The notes under the pieces were generated by a model that did no database searches, was not told the DNA's origin, and saw only the letters and a list, made by a program, of their open reading frames with translations. A stretch of 64,000 nt of DNA from Rhynchopus sp. YZ270_cl-10 (taxonomy: Eukaryota): the NCBI GenBank assembly GCA_964035575.1, contig OZ037838.1, positions 930,001-994,000 of the forward strand, written 5' to 3'. Below, in pieces: positions 19,834 to 30,170 of this stretch; position 1 is the stretch's first letter; each line of letters begins with the position of its first letter. A program made the position numbers and the translations under genes.

Positions 19834-22800
19834 ATGATACTTCTGTTTGGTTGTGTTTTTGCGCAGTTCATCACTCCCAAGAGTCCGAGCATCCCCCAGA
19901 GTATTACGGTGCGTGAGCGTGAGGTCTGCTCGGGGGGCGCAGTCACGCCAATCATCTGGGGAGAGTCGTTTGCGCAGGCGGGCGGCAGCATCGACACGAA
20001 CACGACACACATGACCGCAACGGGAGCCGCATATGGACCACAGTTCTTCTACGCACGAATCGACCCGGTTCTGCCGGACCTCGTTCCTGGACACCGTTAC
20101 GACGTCGTTATCGAAGTCTCCATCAAACGTGGCAGTGCACCCCTCCCCCTCCTCACTGCACCAGGCCTCATGGTATACAAAGCGACAGCAGACCGTTACT
20201 ATAAAAGGACCTACGTCTGGCCTCAGAACTTCACAGCAGAAACCCCCGAAGCCATCGAGGGAGGAGTGGAGATTGCAATGCACGGCACCGCCGTCGGGGA
20301 AGGGTACACACAGTACGCAGCGTCGTTCACCCCGGCGGGGTTTGTCCCGCTTCCACAGGGCCTGCTGTGGATACACTTTGAATTCAACCAAAGCTCCAAG
20401 GGGATTCCGATTGTTGTTGTGTTCCGCAAATTTTGCGTCCGCAAGCGCGCTGTGGTACGCCGCCCTGCGGAGTTGCCTACTCATTTTTCTGAGAAATTTG
20501 ATTTCCTCCGACCCACTGCTCCTAGCAATGAGGAACTCACTATGCAATCTGCCTGCCCTTTTGCGGAGCCGGACCTACGTGATTGGGGCACCATCTTCAC
20601 CACAAACTCCGGAACGCTAACGATACCACAAAACACAAAAGTGGCCATCGGTGCGTCCTCCCTCACACCGGGGGCACGCTATGACAAAATCGTTGTCCCA
20701 GCCAGCTCTGAGCTGATCTTCCACGATGCGAACATTACCCTCCACCTCCGTGCCCTCGTAGTACACGGCAAGCTCCGCATCGGCTCACCAACCTGCCGAC
20801 TGCAGGGACCCATTCGCATCATCTTCTGGGGAGACAAAGGGAGGGACGACCTTGAGGGCCACGGATCAAAAGGGGTCGCGGTGTTAGGCCAAGGCGAGAT
20901 TGATATCTTTGGCCGCAGATTTTCCCCAACGTGGACACGTCTGTCACGCACCGCGCGCGCAGGGGATGATCGTATATATCTACAAGAGAATGTCAATTGG
21001 TATCCTGGACAGGAAGTGGTGGTCTTGACAACGATACACGATGACACCGATATTGGAACGCCCAGTCAGAATGAGGTGATGACGGTGCGTGCTGTGGGGG
21101 AGGGTGTTGTGCAGTTTACATCAGAGCTGCGATTCGCGCATTACGCGGGCACCGAGTACCAAGGGGAGGTGGCGCTGCTCAGCAGGCACATCATGATTGA
21201 GGGTGAACCTAATTTGGACGGCTATGGCGGTCACCTCGTTGTCGCAGGCAAGCGGGGACGCATTGCGGGGGTGGCCTCCCGCTATATGGGGCAAACCAAC
21301 GTTCTCGCAAAGTACCCCTTCCATCTACACCTCCTCGGCCCTGCAAGTGGGTCCTATCTCTCTGACAACGTGGCACGCGATACTTACTTCCGCTGCTTCA
21401 CGGTCCACGGCACTCATGACACCCTAGTCACAGAGAACATTGCCTTCAACGCAACCGGGAGCTGCTTCTACGTGGAGGATGGGGTCGAAGAAAATAACAC
21501 CTTCAGCCACAACATGGCGGCATATGTCAAGACCATCGGCACCCCTGCGTCGGGTAGCGCGCAGGTTGGGGAATCCTTCGACCAAGATATAAACCCTGGA
21601 GGACTCCTCTCTGGACAGCGCCTTCAACCCGCCGACGCATCTGCCGCTGGGTTCTACTTCTCCAACTCCTACAATCGTATCATAGGGAACGTAGCCTCCG
21701 GCGGATGGACCGGGTTTGGCTTCCCAGGTCTCCCCGAGGGCATTGGCGGCGCGAAAGACCTTGACCTCTCACCCAGCTCCCGCCCGCTCCTCGAATTTTC
21801 CGGCAACACCGCACACTCGACAGGATGGTACTGGAGCGATGCTGGCGCTATCTACGTAGGGGGTGTCCTACGCTATATGGACACTGCGAGGACCCGCCTT
21901 CAATGGGGAAGTGGAAGGGTCTCGCGAGGGACCCGCCTAGAGCCTCAAAAGAGCCTCCCCGGGTGGGCCGGAACGCACGTCTGGATGACATTTAACAATA
22001 CCCGTGTGTTTCTCAGCAACCGTGGTCTGCTGCATTGGGGCAGTCGTGTAGAGGTGACGTACTTTGAGTTTACGGATGTCAGTCGTGCCTGCACGCTGTT
22101 TGGGGAGGCGTGGCTGGCGCAGGGTGTGGTGAACGGTGTTTCACAGAATGAGGCAGGTGGTTTCGTGCACCGTCATCATGATGGCTTTCAATTTTATGAT
22201 ATTTATGTGAAGTCGGTCGTGACAGATGTGGAGTTCAGAAACTTCAACAAAGATGTGTGTCGCACCATCCCCCTGCCCGGTGCGCAGTGGCCCCCTGCAG
22301 AGGCCAGCTGCGGGCGTGACGCAGCGCAAGGTGCCAGCATGTTCAACCACTACAACGTGGTGTTCTCTGCACTCTACCACTCTGATGAGTTCAAGCCACA
22401 GCAAATAAGTGCGGTAAGGCGCATTACCTTCACGAATGTCGACTTCGCACTGAGGGTTTCCCTCAAAATTGCGAAGAACGGAGCGTCAAGGTTTTTCAAT
22501 TTTGTGGATTTTGATGGATCGACGACGGGGGATGGTGTGCCGATGATAGTCGGGTCGAACCTTGCGTGGTGGCAGCTGTGTGGGGACTGCCGGTACGAAC
22601 CTCGCTGGGCAACGTGGCTGTGTCCGAAGCTGCCTGCGGGTCTCCCCGAACGCCACGTTGCGCACATCCGCGTACAGACACCGCACATCACCGCCAGCGA
22701 CGGTGGCGTGCGCGATGCAGGGTCATGCAGGACGACCTCCCACGACTGGAGTACCTGCGACGTCGGCTACGTAGCCCTCTGGGGACACGGCCCCGGCCAC

Positions 22801-24018
22801 GGCGACACCATCCGCAAGACCACCATCACATCCAACGAAGGCATCACCGGCCTCGGCGGTACGGGATGGTACTTCTGGCTCGACGGAGGTGCTCCTAAGA
22901 CACTCAGAATCCGCCCCGAGCAGGTCGTCAACGGGACGGTCCTTCGCTTTGCAACAAGCTACCCGCCGGGAACTTCCTTCACCGTGACAGGCTTCAACCG
23001 CTATGCAGGCCGCTACAACACAACGTTCACACCAGCCGCATCGAGGGAGGAGGTGTGGGCAAGCCCGCAGACGACGTACCATTTTGATGGCGAGCATCTG
23101 TACCTGCAGCCGATGCTCCCGGACAGGATGGTTGCGGACAACGGGGGGTGGGGGGCACTGAAGTTCACGCGAGGTGGGGCTAGCGTCTACGACAACATCA
23201 ATCTGTGGGACATCCTCGTCGTCGCAGACTGCACCGCCGATGCGCGCGGCTTCTGCACCGTCCGCCCCACCGAACGGATCCCCCCCTGGACTGCCGGGTG
23301 CCCAATCATGCCCACCCTCGTACCTGGCGAGACACATCCACCAGAAACACCTCAACCCTCCACCAAGGCACCAATAGTCATTCCGGAACTCCCCCGGTTA
23401 GCTTTGAGGTGGTGTACCGAGGACAGCGTCTGCCGTGCGCATGGTGACAGCATCGCGCAGTGTAGGGAGGGGGGGTGTCATTGCGGTGATGGGTTTGGTG
23501 CAGTGGGGCTGGCGAAGGTGTGCGCAGGGAATGCCACAGTGGTGGTGTCACCCGAGGTGCGTGTCGTATGGGAGGTGGAGTGTGTGCAGTTTGCCCCTGC
23601 GTTTGCTGCGTTGATAAGCGACGTGATCACCGCATCGTTGGGTGGACGTATCCTCAGCCTGCGTGCGTTGTGCGGGTCGGTCGCGGTGCTTGCCGTGCTC
23701 GAAGGGGTGTCACCTGAAGCAATAGTTTCAGCAGACATTGCGCAGGCCGTTACCGACAGACAAAGCACCGACCCACGCTTCGCAGCCATGCGCGATGCCA
23801 TAGGCAGCCCCGTCAGATCCGAGATATCCAGCAAAGCGCTCTGTGCATCTCCCGGTGCTTCCGTAGCGGCGAAGGATGCAAGCGGCGTCTGTGCACCGAT
23901 AGAGTGCAGCCCCAACCACGTCCGTTCAGGGGAGCTTTGTCTCAAAGCAAGCGACGCGAGCATCACGCAGCTCAGTGGCATCGTGTTGGCCATATGGATG
24001 GTGGCCGTGGTTGTGTGA
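19834..24018 (+). CDS. G8-domain / parallel beta-helix surface protein (TMEM2/CEMIP/fibrocystin-like), secreted and C-terminally anchored
   Basis: Signal-like MILLFGCVFAQ after a polypyrimidine tract. G8-like segment (VHGKLRIGSPTC, WTRLSRTA, EVALLSRHI) and the motifs MGQ..LAKYPFHLH, RCFTVHGTH and CFYVEDGVE. EGF-like module and hydrophobic C-terminus. Confidence 0.8.
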   Translation: MILLFGCVFAQFITPKSPSIPQSITVREREVCSGGAVTPIIWGESFAQAGGSIDTNTTHMTATGAAYGPQFFYARIDPVLPDLVPGHRYDVVIEVSIKRGSAPLPLLTAPGLMVYKATADRYYKRTYVWPQNFTAETPEAIEGGVEIAMHGTAVGEGYTQYAASFTPAGFVPLPQGLLWIHFEFNQSSKGIPIVVVFRKFCVRKRAVVRRPAELPTHFSEKFDFLRPTAPSNEELTMQSACPFAEPDLRDWGTIFTTNSGTLTIPQNTKVAIGASSLTPGARYDKIVVPASSELIFHDANITLHLRALVVHGKLRIGSPTCRLQGPIRIIFWGDKGRDDLEGHGSKGVAVLGQGEIDIFGRRFSPTWTRLSRTARAGDDRIYLQENVNWYPGQEVVVLTTIHDDTDIGTPSQNEVMTVRAVGEGVVQFTSELRFAHYAGTEYQGEVALLSRHIMIEGEPNLDGYGGHLVVAGKRGRIAGVASRYMGQTNVLAKYPFHLHLLGPASGSYLSDNVARDTYFRCFTVHGTHDTLVTENIAFNATGSCFYVEDGVEENNTFSHNMAAYVKTIGTPASGSAQVGESFDQDINPGGLLSGQRLQPADASAAGFYFSNSYNRIIGNVASGGWTGFGFPGLPEGIGGAKDLDLSPSSRPLLEFSGNTAHSTGWYWSDAGAIYVGGVLRYMDTARTRLQWGSGRVSRGTRLEPQKSLPGWAGTHVWMTFNNTRVFLSNRGLLHWGSRVEVTYFEFTDVSRACTLFGEAWLAQGVVNGVSQNEAGGFVHRHHDGFQFYDIYVKSVVTDVEFRNFNKDVCRTIPLPGAQWPPAEASCGRDAAQGASMFNHYNVVFSALYHSDEFKPQQISAVRRITFTNVDFALRVSLKIAKNGASRFFNFVDFDGSTTGDGVPMIVGSNLAWWQLCGDCRYEPRWATWLCPKLPAGLPERHVAHIRVQTPHITASDGGVRDAGSCRTTSHDWSTCDVGYVALWGHGPGHGDTIRKTTITSNEGITGLGGTGWYFWLDGGAPKTLRIRPEQVVNGTVLRFATSYPPGTSFTVTGFNRYAGRYNTTFTPAASREEVWASPQTTYHFDGEHLYLQPMLPDRMVADNGGWGALKFTRGGASVYDNINLWDILVVADCTADARGFCTVRPTERIPPWTAGCPIMPTLVPGETHPPETPQPSTKAPIVIPELPRLALRWCTEDSVCRAHGDSIAQCREGGCHCGDGFGAVGLAKVCAGNATVVVSPEVRVVWEVECVQFAPAFAALISDVITASLGGRILSLRALCGSVAVLAVLEGVSPEAIVSADIAQAVTDRQSTDPRFAAMRDAIGSPVRSEISSKALCASPGASVAAKDASGVCAPIECSPNHVRSGELCLKASDASITQLSGIVLAIWMVAVVV

Positions 24019-24614
24019 ACATTGTAGGGCAAGTGGTTTTCAAGTTCTTTTTTTTTCTCCCGAAGATTATTTGCCTGGTGAGGCGTTTACTTTGAAAGAG
24101 TAACTCCTCTCTTCTTCTTCTTCTTCTTTTGCTGTGGTGTCAGGTAGTACTGAGGCAGCATCGTGGTGTTGTAACGCCCTCATCCGGGGCTGGCATCGTA
24201 CGTGGGTCAGTCGGAGGTGCCTGCATTAATAACTTCACTTTTGATGTCTTTTATGACACATAGGGTATTATGCATCCATGCAGTGAAACGTGAATATTCG
24301 AATCACAATGCGGCAGATTGAACAACCCAAAAAAAAAAAAAAAAAATTGAGGTTCTAGGGTGGTGGGGAAGGAGACAAAGAATTACAGTGGAGATTTGCA
24401 CAAACTGTGGCAACACAAACCGAGGCAACTACACTACTACAGCAATTTATCAAAGAAATATAAAAACCTCCGGTCAGCTCTTTGTCGGCCGAGGCTGTCT
24501 TCTGCCCAATCGAAGCTGTGTTATGTGAATGGCACACCCTAGATCAGACCTAAAAAAGGGTGGATTCAAAAATGTGAGCATCTGATATTGAAAGACGCGT
24601 CCTGATAATGGCAC

Positions 24615-24657
24615 CAGGGCTGTTCCTTATTCTCATTCTCACTTAGGAACAGCCCTG
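24615..24657. mobile_element. 43-bp hAT-like MITE
   Basis: 13-bp TIR CAGGGCTGTTCCT/AGGAACAGCCCTG flanked by the 8-bp direct repeat AATGGCAC (24607-24614, 24658-24665). Confidence 0.7.
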
Positions 24658-24901
24658 AATGGCACTGGCTCTTTTTTTTTTTTCCCCCCTTCTTTTTTTT
24701 TCTTTGAGAGCAATGTTCTGTTTTGTTGTTCAGCGCGCAAGATTTGGGTTTGTCTTAGTCAACGTCTCTTCTTGTGATCTCTTCCGCAAATCTATTAAGG
24801 TGACTAAGCACGAGAGGCTTAGGATCATCTTATAAACTTTTCTTTGATCAAGGTGAGAGATGTCGCGTTTATCCTAGCTTATCTTATCACTCCCAAGCGC
24901 A

Positions 24902-24984
24902 ACACTCCGGGGGGGGGTTCGATAACCCGCGGAGTGTCAGTGCCTGCGTCCCAGAGGCGTTTTGCACTATCAACTTCACTTTCT
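24902..24984 (+). repeat. Dispersed short repeat (hairpin + CAGTGCCTGCGTCCCAGAGGCGTTTTGCACTATCAACTTCACTTT)
   Basis: Near-identical tail at ~33991-34046; diverged copies at ~6720, ~8240, ~25293 and ~46485. Confidence 0.7.
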
Positions 24985-25529
24985 TACCAACGAAACCTTT
25001 CGTAAAAGCAAAAACCCCAAGCAAACTCTGGCAGCTTTCTTTTTTTTACAAAAAAGACAGACTGCTGTGGGTATTCATTTGCAAAAAAACAGTACAATAA
25101 CTAAAGCTGACGCTTAAGATATGTGTGTCTGTGTGTGCACAAGAGGCACATTCATCTTTCTAGTTTTCTTTTTTTTTTTTTTTTTTCCCTTCGTCTTCCT
25201 CAGAGAGAGACACGAACATACCACTCCGCGTTCGCACACATGGTGCGGTGAGGGCTCGCACAAAAAAACCTCTGATCTGAGGCTTTTTTTTAGTGCCCTG
25301 CGAGGCGTTTCCACTTTCAACTTCTCTTTTAATAGATCCGCCACCTGCAGAGGCGATTGCACTTTTTCCAAACTACCCAAAAAAATTTATGATACATTCA
25401 TCGTACTCTGCTCTGTGAACCTCTTATGGTTCTTCTTTTAACTTTTTTCTCTCCTCTCCCCTCCCCTCCTCCCCTCCCCCCATCTCATCAATTCATACAG
25501 AGGGCGATAGCGCCAAGGAAAAAAGAAAA

Positions 25530-28500
25530 ATGCAGGTTTCTTCTGCAATGAGTGTAGGGAAGTTTTCGTGCTTAGGGGGTGCACGGAGGTGGCTGGGGGC
25601 TGTGCGCAAGCAGAATCTGTATGCGACGGGAGAGGAGACGCCGATGTGGATGCAGAAGAAGACGTCTACGCGTGTCAGAAAGGTTGCGCCCAAGTGGAAC
25701 AGCATAGTAGACCTGCAACGTGAAAAGCATTTGACAGAACTGAACAGCTCCAAATGGCGCGAACGTTTCATCCAAACCCACCTCCACGCAGGCAAAATCA
25801 GTCAAGAGAACTGGGGTGAAGGACGCCACGAAATGGAAAAGGACGAGCCCTGCTTCAAGCAGAAGCCGCTCGGACACCCGAACTGGTACATGGGGGACAG
25901 GATATGGCCTGTGGCGATGCTGCAACGAAATGTCATCTATGTCTCGGTGTTTCTTGAGAAGCTGACCCTCGTTCTCGTCCCGGGGTCCGCATTAAACCAT
26001 CTGGCAGTGTATGTTCAGTTTTTTAGTGTGATCTGGGGAAGCGTTCATCATTTCAACCACCCCCATTTTTTCAATTCGCGATTTTACCCCGTTTTTATAA
26101 TACAACAGAGTGGAGGCACGGCACTTTTGTGGAATTTTGTGGAATTTTGTGGAATTTCAAAAACTCGACTTCTACTTTTTCTTTTTTGTATTCTGTAACC
26201 TCTCTCTATTTTACGGCAGGTGTGACCGGTTGAGGTGATACTTCCGGACTGAGGAAGGGCATTCTTTTACTTTTTTTTTTTCTGTGTGTTTGTTTTCTTG
26301 TTGTAGTCTTTTTTGGTGAAGGGGCTTGGCCGACGACACTGGGAACCTCTTTGGTTCATAGCTGTTATCCCGAGGGGTACCCAGGTGGTTATGGGGTGTT
26401 TAGAGGGACTTGGTGACCTCAGCCGAGTCGAGCAGAGAATACAAAGTCCACGAAAAACCTGAGATGTCAGTAGTGGTCTCTGGCAGAAAGAGCAGTACCA
26501 TCGAAGTGTTGGGTTCCCTTCTGAAGCGATGCCTGTCACACGTCAAGCACTGCATCACCTTCGTCCGAATCACGTCCCGTTTGTGTTCGCTCATGGTACC
26601 TTATCTAATACCTTGTAGAAGGTTGTCAGCGACAATGCCTGCATTGGTCATTGATGTCTGAGGCGGTTTTGCACTCTCTGCTTGTCTTTATTTGGAAGTC
26701 GGTTCACTAACCCCCAGCAGAGAAGAGACCATTTGCTCTGCACAGAAAGCCCAAGCTGTGTGGCAAATATCCCACCAAAAGCTCCCCTAGCCATCCTCAC
26801 CACATTTCAACACAACAGGGAGGTGAGGGACCAGTGTCTCGTACCCATGCAATACTGGAACCCTAAGACCGAAGTGCGACCTAAGACCATTCCTGGTTTG
26901 AGTGGTATGGCCAATTTTTTCTCCCTTATTTTGGAGACGTTATGACAACCGTACGGTTGTAATCAAGATCTGCAAAAAAAAATTATAGTGGAGTCTGAAT
27001 GGCATGCGTCAGTTAACCAACAGAGTATCAAACAAAACACACACAGTGCCGCTGCCGGACAATGTGAAGCCGTACTGGATCCTGCAGTTTGTGGACGGAA
27101 CCACACATATCATCAAATTCCCGGACAACGCGACAAGCAAGCAGGAAGTAGTGTACATGATGCAGGTATGGCTCTCTCCACAATGCACAGCACCACAGCA
27201 CCACGGCACTTCCTCGCCCCTCAATTGGGTGCCAAACCCGACAGCATTTTGTGTCATTCTACTATTTCGCCCACCGTTTTGACGTTCGCCGTACAGATGC
27301 AGTACAATAGCGATTGCCATCAACGGTGGCGCCCAACTTTCTGAAAGGCAAAGGGTTTGCGGGTTTGCGGGTTGCCAAATTTCCCGAAAAAATTCTCCAA
27401 ATCAAACTTATTTACGCCCAATTTATTTATAGAGTTTTGGAGCCTAACATTTTGCCCCATATCACCTTTCTCTTTGCACTGGATTTAGTTTTTTTCTTCT
27501 TTTTTTGACCAAAACACCCTACCCCACCACCACCACCACCACCACCACCACCAAACCCCAACAGGAAGAATTGGCACGACTCGACACCATAGATCGGAAC
27601 CTCTGGATGGGCAGCATCGCTAATGTCCCTGATAAAAACGGATGGATCAGAGTATGTCTACGATGCTATTGAAAAGACTTCATTGCCATTGCCATTGCCA
27701 TTGACATTACCCAAGCTTCATTACTTAGTCAAAGAAGACCCTGTTGAGTTTGACTCTAGTCTGACTTTGTGCAGTGACATGAGAGGTGTAGTTATAGGTG
27801 GGAGGCTTCAACAATGAAATACCACTACTCTTATCGTCGCTTTACTTATCCAATGATGGGGAGACGGAACCTGCCAATTTATTGGTCTGGCCCTCTGGGT
27901 CTTTAGGTTTTCCGATGACAGCGACAAACTAGCATTAGCTAGACTAAGTACGTGGGACCTCATCTTATAAACTTTTTCTTAATTTCATCTGGGGCTGGCA
28001 TCGTACATGGCAGTCGGAAGTGCCTTGCATCAATCACCACCCTTCATTATTAGATGACAAAGGTGACAGCAACCCACATCCATCTTATAGCATTTGACCT
28101 CAGGTGCCCGTAGGGGACCAACTGCGTGCGCATGTTCCAGAGTGAGTAATCCCCAACATCTTGCGAGTAATCAACGAGGGAATCATTCTACTACTGAAAT
28201 TCATCCATGAATTCAGCCGGCTCATCACTCTCCTGCAGTTTGACAAGAAAACGCAGTTGAGCAGCAGCTTTGTCTCCCACCACCAGGTTGCCTTGACACT
28301 CTCAGCCAAGGTGCTGCAGGCAGTGTCTCTTGAAGGACGTTGGCAGTTTCTCTTGGATGACGCTCCAAACCTTTTTTCCTGTCGCTCACAATAGTGAGAT
28401 GAAAGAAAAAAACGACGGGGTAAGATGCACTTCAGATTTTCGAGGTGGTACAAACTTTTTCCTAATCTCATTAGGAGCTGACATCGTACATAGCAGTCGG

Positions 28501-28806
28501 ACGTGCCTTGCATCAATCACCCACCCTTCATTATTAGATGACAACCCACATTTTTTTTTTTTTTTGTGCCAGCCCATCTTCAAACCCTATACCAACAGTG
28601 ATAATAAGATGTGCACGAGAGGTACATTTCATGTTTCACGTTCTTTTTTTTTTTTGACCTCAAAAGAGGTTTCCTCTTCAGTCTTTTATCATTAGACTAT
28701 AACAAAAACCCCACAATAATGTAACATTCTTTCTGAAACACAGGTGAAGCGCCACGGACTTGACGACTACACACTGAACGAGCACTGTCCTCTGCAGTAC
28801 TTGTAG
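25530..28806 (+). CDS. Multi-exon hypothetical protein, possibly mitochondrial (exons ~25530-26008, 27047-27165, 27565-27651, 28744-28806; junction near 26220 unresolved)
   Basis: Arg/Ser-rich presequence-like N-terminus. GT-AG introns with GTATGG/GTATGT donors join the last three exons in phase (…VVYMMQ|EELARL…GWIR|VKRHG…QYL*). Confidence 0.55.
27731..27860 (+). rRNA. LSU (28S) rRNA gene fragment, non-functional, intronic
   Basis: AAAGAAGACCCTGTTGAGTTTGACTCTAGT...GTGGGAG...TGAAATACCACTAC...TTACTTAT matches the conserved eukaryotic LSU segment; flanks are not rRNA. Confidence 0.8.
28100..28380 (-). pseudogene. Degenerate coding fragment, possibly MULE transposase
   Basis: The minus frame reads VIQEKLPTSFKRHCLQHLG* with stops, resembling the MULE P..HRxCxxH motif. 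It is flanked by ~80-bp direct repeats (~27986-28080, ~28470-28552). Confidence 0.3.
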
Positions 28807-29445
28807 TACGAGATACGGGTCAGATGCGTCTGTGGGCGGGGGTTTGGGGGGTTTTTTTTTCCCTTTTTAATTTGCAGTTCTGTTGATTCCCCTATACCCA
28901 TACTTTCAGTTCGTTGAATGTATTTGGCAATACTTCACAATACTCTCTGCACTTTCAAAACCCCCTAAACCCACATAACACAGACCATTTGAGGGAGGGG
29001 GGACGGGGGGGAACGGGAAGAATATTTTCCCAAAGCAAGTGGCCGAACGAAGACGATGATACCCCCCTCTTTCCCCATTTTTCAACCTACCTTCCTTCAC
29101 CCCCCTGTAGGGCAACCGTAGGTGAAGTAAGGTATAGTATTGAAATCGATGTGGGGGGGGGGAAAGGGTCAATTTTACAAAACCAGATTTTGAGGAAAAT
29201 TTTGGCCAAAAATGGGCCCCACGTATAAGCAACCGGGCTCATATTTCTCAAAATTTAAGTAGTGAAAAAATTGTCCAATTTTCGAGATTGACCCCACCAC
29301 TGCACGGGCGGAGCCCAAAAATGCAAATAAGGACCCTTTTTAATTTGTTCTCTTGAAATATGTAATTTCATATTTTCGCGAAAAAAAATATGACTGATCC
29401 TACAAGGGTTGAAGGAAGGTGGTTGAAAATTACAATAACAACAAG

Positions 29446-29887
29446 AACAAGTAATTGCTAAGAAAAAAAACGGGGTGTGCTGTGGAAAACCCCGCGTGAT
29501 TTTCGAAACCACCATAGCATTCCTAGCGATTTGCTGGAGGTGCTGATGTGCCTGGTGTGATCGACGTGTTGTCGTCTGCGCATTCTGTGCTTCTTCCGCA
29601 CTGCTCCAACGACGACGACACTGCGTGGGACCCTGTATAACGAGCTGGAACACGCCGAGCCTGCCGAGCCTACTTCCAACAACGCTATCGATCAGATGGG
29701 GCTGGATGAAGAGGACAGCCCCCCTTCTTGAACGTTTCATCAGCTGCAGGCATCCCAGTGGGTCTGGCAGTGTACGAAGAGCGTTAACATCTGCAGAAGA
29801 GCAGAGTGCTGGGTGTGTTGTAGATTATTTCTATAGGGTGGAGTTCCACAGCACACCCCGTTTTTTTTCCGATAGCAATTACTTGTT
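29446..29887. mobile_element. Small TIR element with GC-rich cargo
   Basis: ~42-bp inverted repeats (AACAAGTAATTGCTA..AAAAAAACGGGGTGTGCTGTGGAA / TTCCACAGCACACCCCGTTTTTTT..TAGCAATTACTTGTT). Confidence 0.6.
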
Positions 29888-30170
29888 TTTTTTTTTTTTT
29901 TTGTGTTATCAAGCATTGACGAATAGAAATGGAAAACGACGGATGGTGCGTGCCCGCTTTAGCGTATTGTTTTTCCACTAACATCACTCACATTCATCAG
30001 TGAAAAACACAAACCTTTTGCGGTGCGATAAACGAAAAAGTGTTTTCTTTATTTCATTTAACTGTCATATCCTGAAGTCGTTTTCTATTTTTTTTTGCTT
30101 TTCTCCACCTTAGAAACCCACCCACCACTTTACCCCCTAACCAGATCCTTTCCTGTTCACGCTTTCTTTA

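Noticed and set aside
26220..26260. TGA read-through or recoding in a possible mini-exon (CDRLR*YFRTEE)
   Set aside because: TGA is a normal stop and TGG encodes Trp elsewhere in the window. The exon phase cannot be resolved without transcripts.
27731..27860. Functional rDNA locus
   Set aside because: Only ~130 nt of LSU similarity, intronic, with no flanking rRNA sequence
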